A stretch of 32,000 nt of DNA, from assembly GCA_021735045.1 (NCBI GenBank), contig JAIPHU010000005.1:33811-65810 (forward strand). Reading direction: 5' to 3'. This stretch comes from Candidatus Omnitrophota bacterium. Its GTDB lineage: Bacteria; Omnitrophota; Gorgyraeia; Duberdicusellales; 4484-171. The notes below the pieces were generated by a model. The model ran no database searches and had not been told where the DNA came from. It was given only the letters and a program-made list of their open reading frames with translations. The position numbers were made by a program, and so were the translations under genes. Below are positions 31,197 through 32,000 of this stretch, piece after piece. The first letter of the stretch is position 1, and each line of letters opens with the position of its first letter.

Positions 31197-32000
31197 CTTT
31201 TCTCAACTCCTGCAGGCGTTTCGAAAAAGCACCACCTGTATAATAGTCTAAAATTGCCGTAAGTTCTCTAACTCTTAATCTTTTTTCCACTAATTCAGAT
31301 TCTGATAAAGAATCACTATCTAGTTTAATTAATATTCTTAAGCGTTCAAAATAAACTCGATTAACCTCTTCTAAAATATCAATCCGCAGCTTTGTATTCA
31401 GCCGGCTTCTGGTATCAATGGAGGTTTGAGAAGAATTCCAAATAAAATCTCCCACATCCCAGGAAAAAGAAACTCCCCAATCCCGTGGGCCAACCGCAAA
31501 CTGTCCTCCATCTCTATATGAACCATAAATCGTTTTATCGTAATCTAGGCTTATCTCCGGAAATAAAGGTTTCAATGAAGCTGCTTGTCTCCATCTACTA
31601 ATTTTTTTAGCTGAGACCCCATTGGCAACAATAGCAACCTTATGGACAAAACCAATCGAAGGTTGCACTCTTAAAACTCTCTTTAACTTTACACCTTGAT
31701 AAGAACGGCTAAAATACTGATTGGTAAAAAGGCCTTTTGCGGTGGCTAGATAAATTTTTCCTTTATCAGAGAACTTTATTTCATTAATTTTAGAAGCATA
31801 TAATCCTTCAAATAAAGGTTTAGCTCTTTTTTTAACTAAATCTATCCTAAAAAAACCTTTATCTGTACCTAAATAAAGGCTATTTTTTTCAAAACTAGTT
31901 TGAGCCAGAGAAAGAATATTTAAGGAATCAATACCGGCTACAAAAAACTTTTGAAAACTTTCTCCCCTATCTTTTGATCGAAATAAACCTTCGCTGGTAG
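31165..32000 (-). CDS. Asp-box/BNR-like repeat protein, C-terminal part (gene continues beyond the right edge)
   Basis: The frame of track ORF 31165-31668 stays open upstream to 31998 (..TSEGLFRSKDRGESFQKFFVAGIDSL..GTDKGFFRI..ATAKGLF..). SKDRGESF resembles an Asp-box. The C-terminal ~110 aa resemble a TolC-type half repeat only by pattern. Confidence 0.6.
   Translation of the reverse strand, partial: TSEGLFRSKDRGESFQKFFVAGIDSLNILSLAQTSFEKNSLYLGTDKGFFRIDLVKKRAKPLFEGLYASKINEIKFSDKGKIYLATAKGLFTNQYFSRSYQGVKLKRVLRVQPSIGFVHKVAIVANGVSAKKISRWRQAASLKPLFPEISLDYDKTIYGSYRDGGQFAVGPRDWGVSFSWDVGDFIWNSSQTSIDTRSRLNTKLRIDILEEVNRVYFERLRILIKLDSDSLSESELVEKRLRVRELTAILDYYTGGAFSKRLQELRKDEKRQFSNYR

Noticed and set aside
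1-32000. CRISPR arrays, cas genes, restriction-modification systems, retron or DGR reverse transcriptases, transposases, prophage genes
   Set aside because: No regularly spaced direct repeats and no ORFs with matching signatures were seen on either strand. The only repeats are the ones reported above.

Overview
This is an AT-rich, gene-dense bacterial chromosomal segment with about 45 protein genes and 6 tRNAs. It is almost entirely housekeeping and is transcribed mostly on the minus strand.

Gene order, left to right:
- uvrC (5' end only) and murJ, then rpsT.
- holA-like, lptE-like and bamD-like genes, which are diderm envelope markers.
- A yefM-yoeB toxin-antitoxin cassette.
- comEC, comEA, leuS, nfo and tRNA-Ala(GGC).
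- Divergent tRNA-Leu(CAA) plus a Ski2-like helicase, then rpmB.
- recJ, argS, thrC, hom, a PilZ protein and tRNA-Pro(GGG).
- A small exported protein, gpsA, and tRNA-Thr/Tyr/Gly.
- nnrD, acpS and pdxJ.
- A 51-codon CdaR-like stub and cdaA.
- folP, ftsH and tilS.
- An AAG/MPG-type glycosylase, a lipoprotein and yggS.
- A radical-SAM protein, a J-domain protein, and an Asp-box/BNR-like protein that runs off the right edge.

I see no CRISPR array, transposase, integrase, phage genes or defence island apart from the TA pair.

The most unusual signal is non-coding. A structured module of about 165 nt is present in two colinear copies directly upstream of tRNA-Ala(GGC) and tRNA-Pro(GGG). It carries hairpin covariation, an embedded SD plus 6-codon mini-ORF, and a second promoter nested inside a stem. 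A third, partial relative sits in the 3' UTR of the TA cassette. I cannot assign it to any RNA family I know.

Secondary oddities:
- The TA cassette is bracketed by inverted 26-nt hairpin repeats.
- The nnrD stop codon lies inside tRNA-Thr.
- A relic duplicate of the acpS 3' end sits at the nnrD start.
- There are tandem 16-mers in front of gpsA.
- Two promoters look leaderless.

All calls come from reading the sequence and ORF translations by eye. No searches were run, and any taxonomic guess (an uncultured, streamlined diderm lineage) is inference only.
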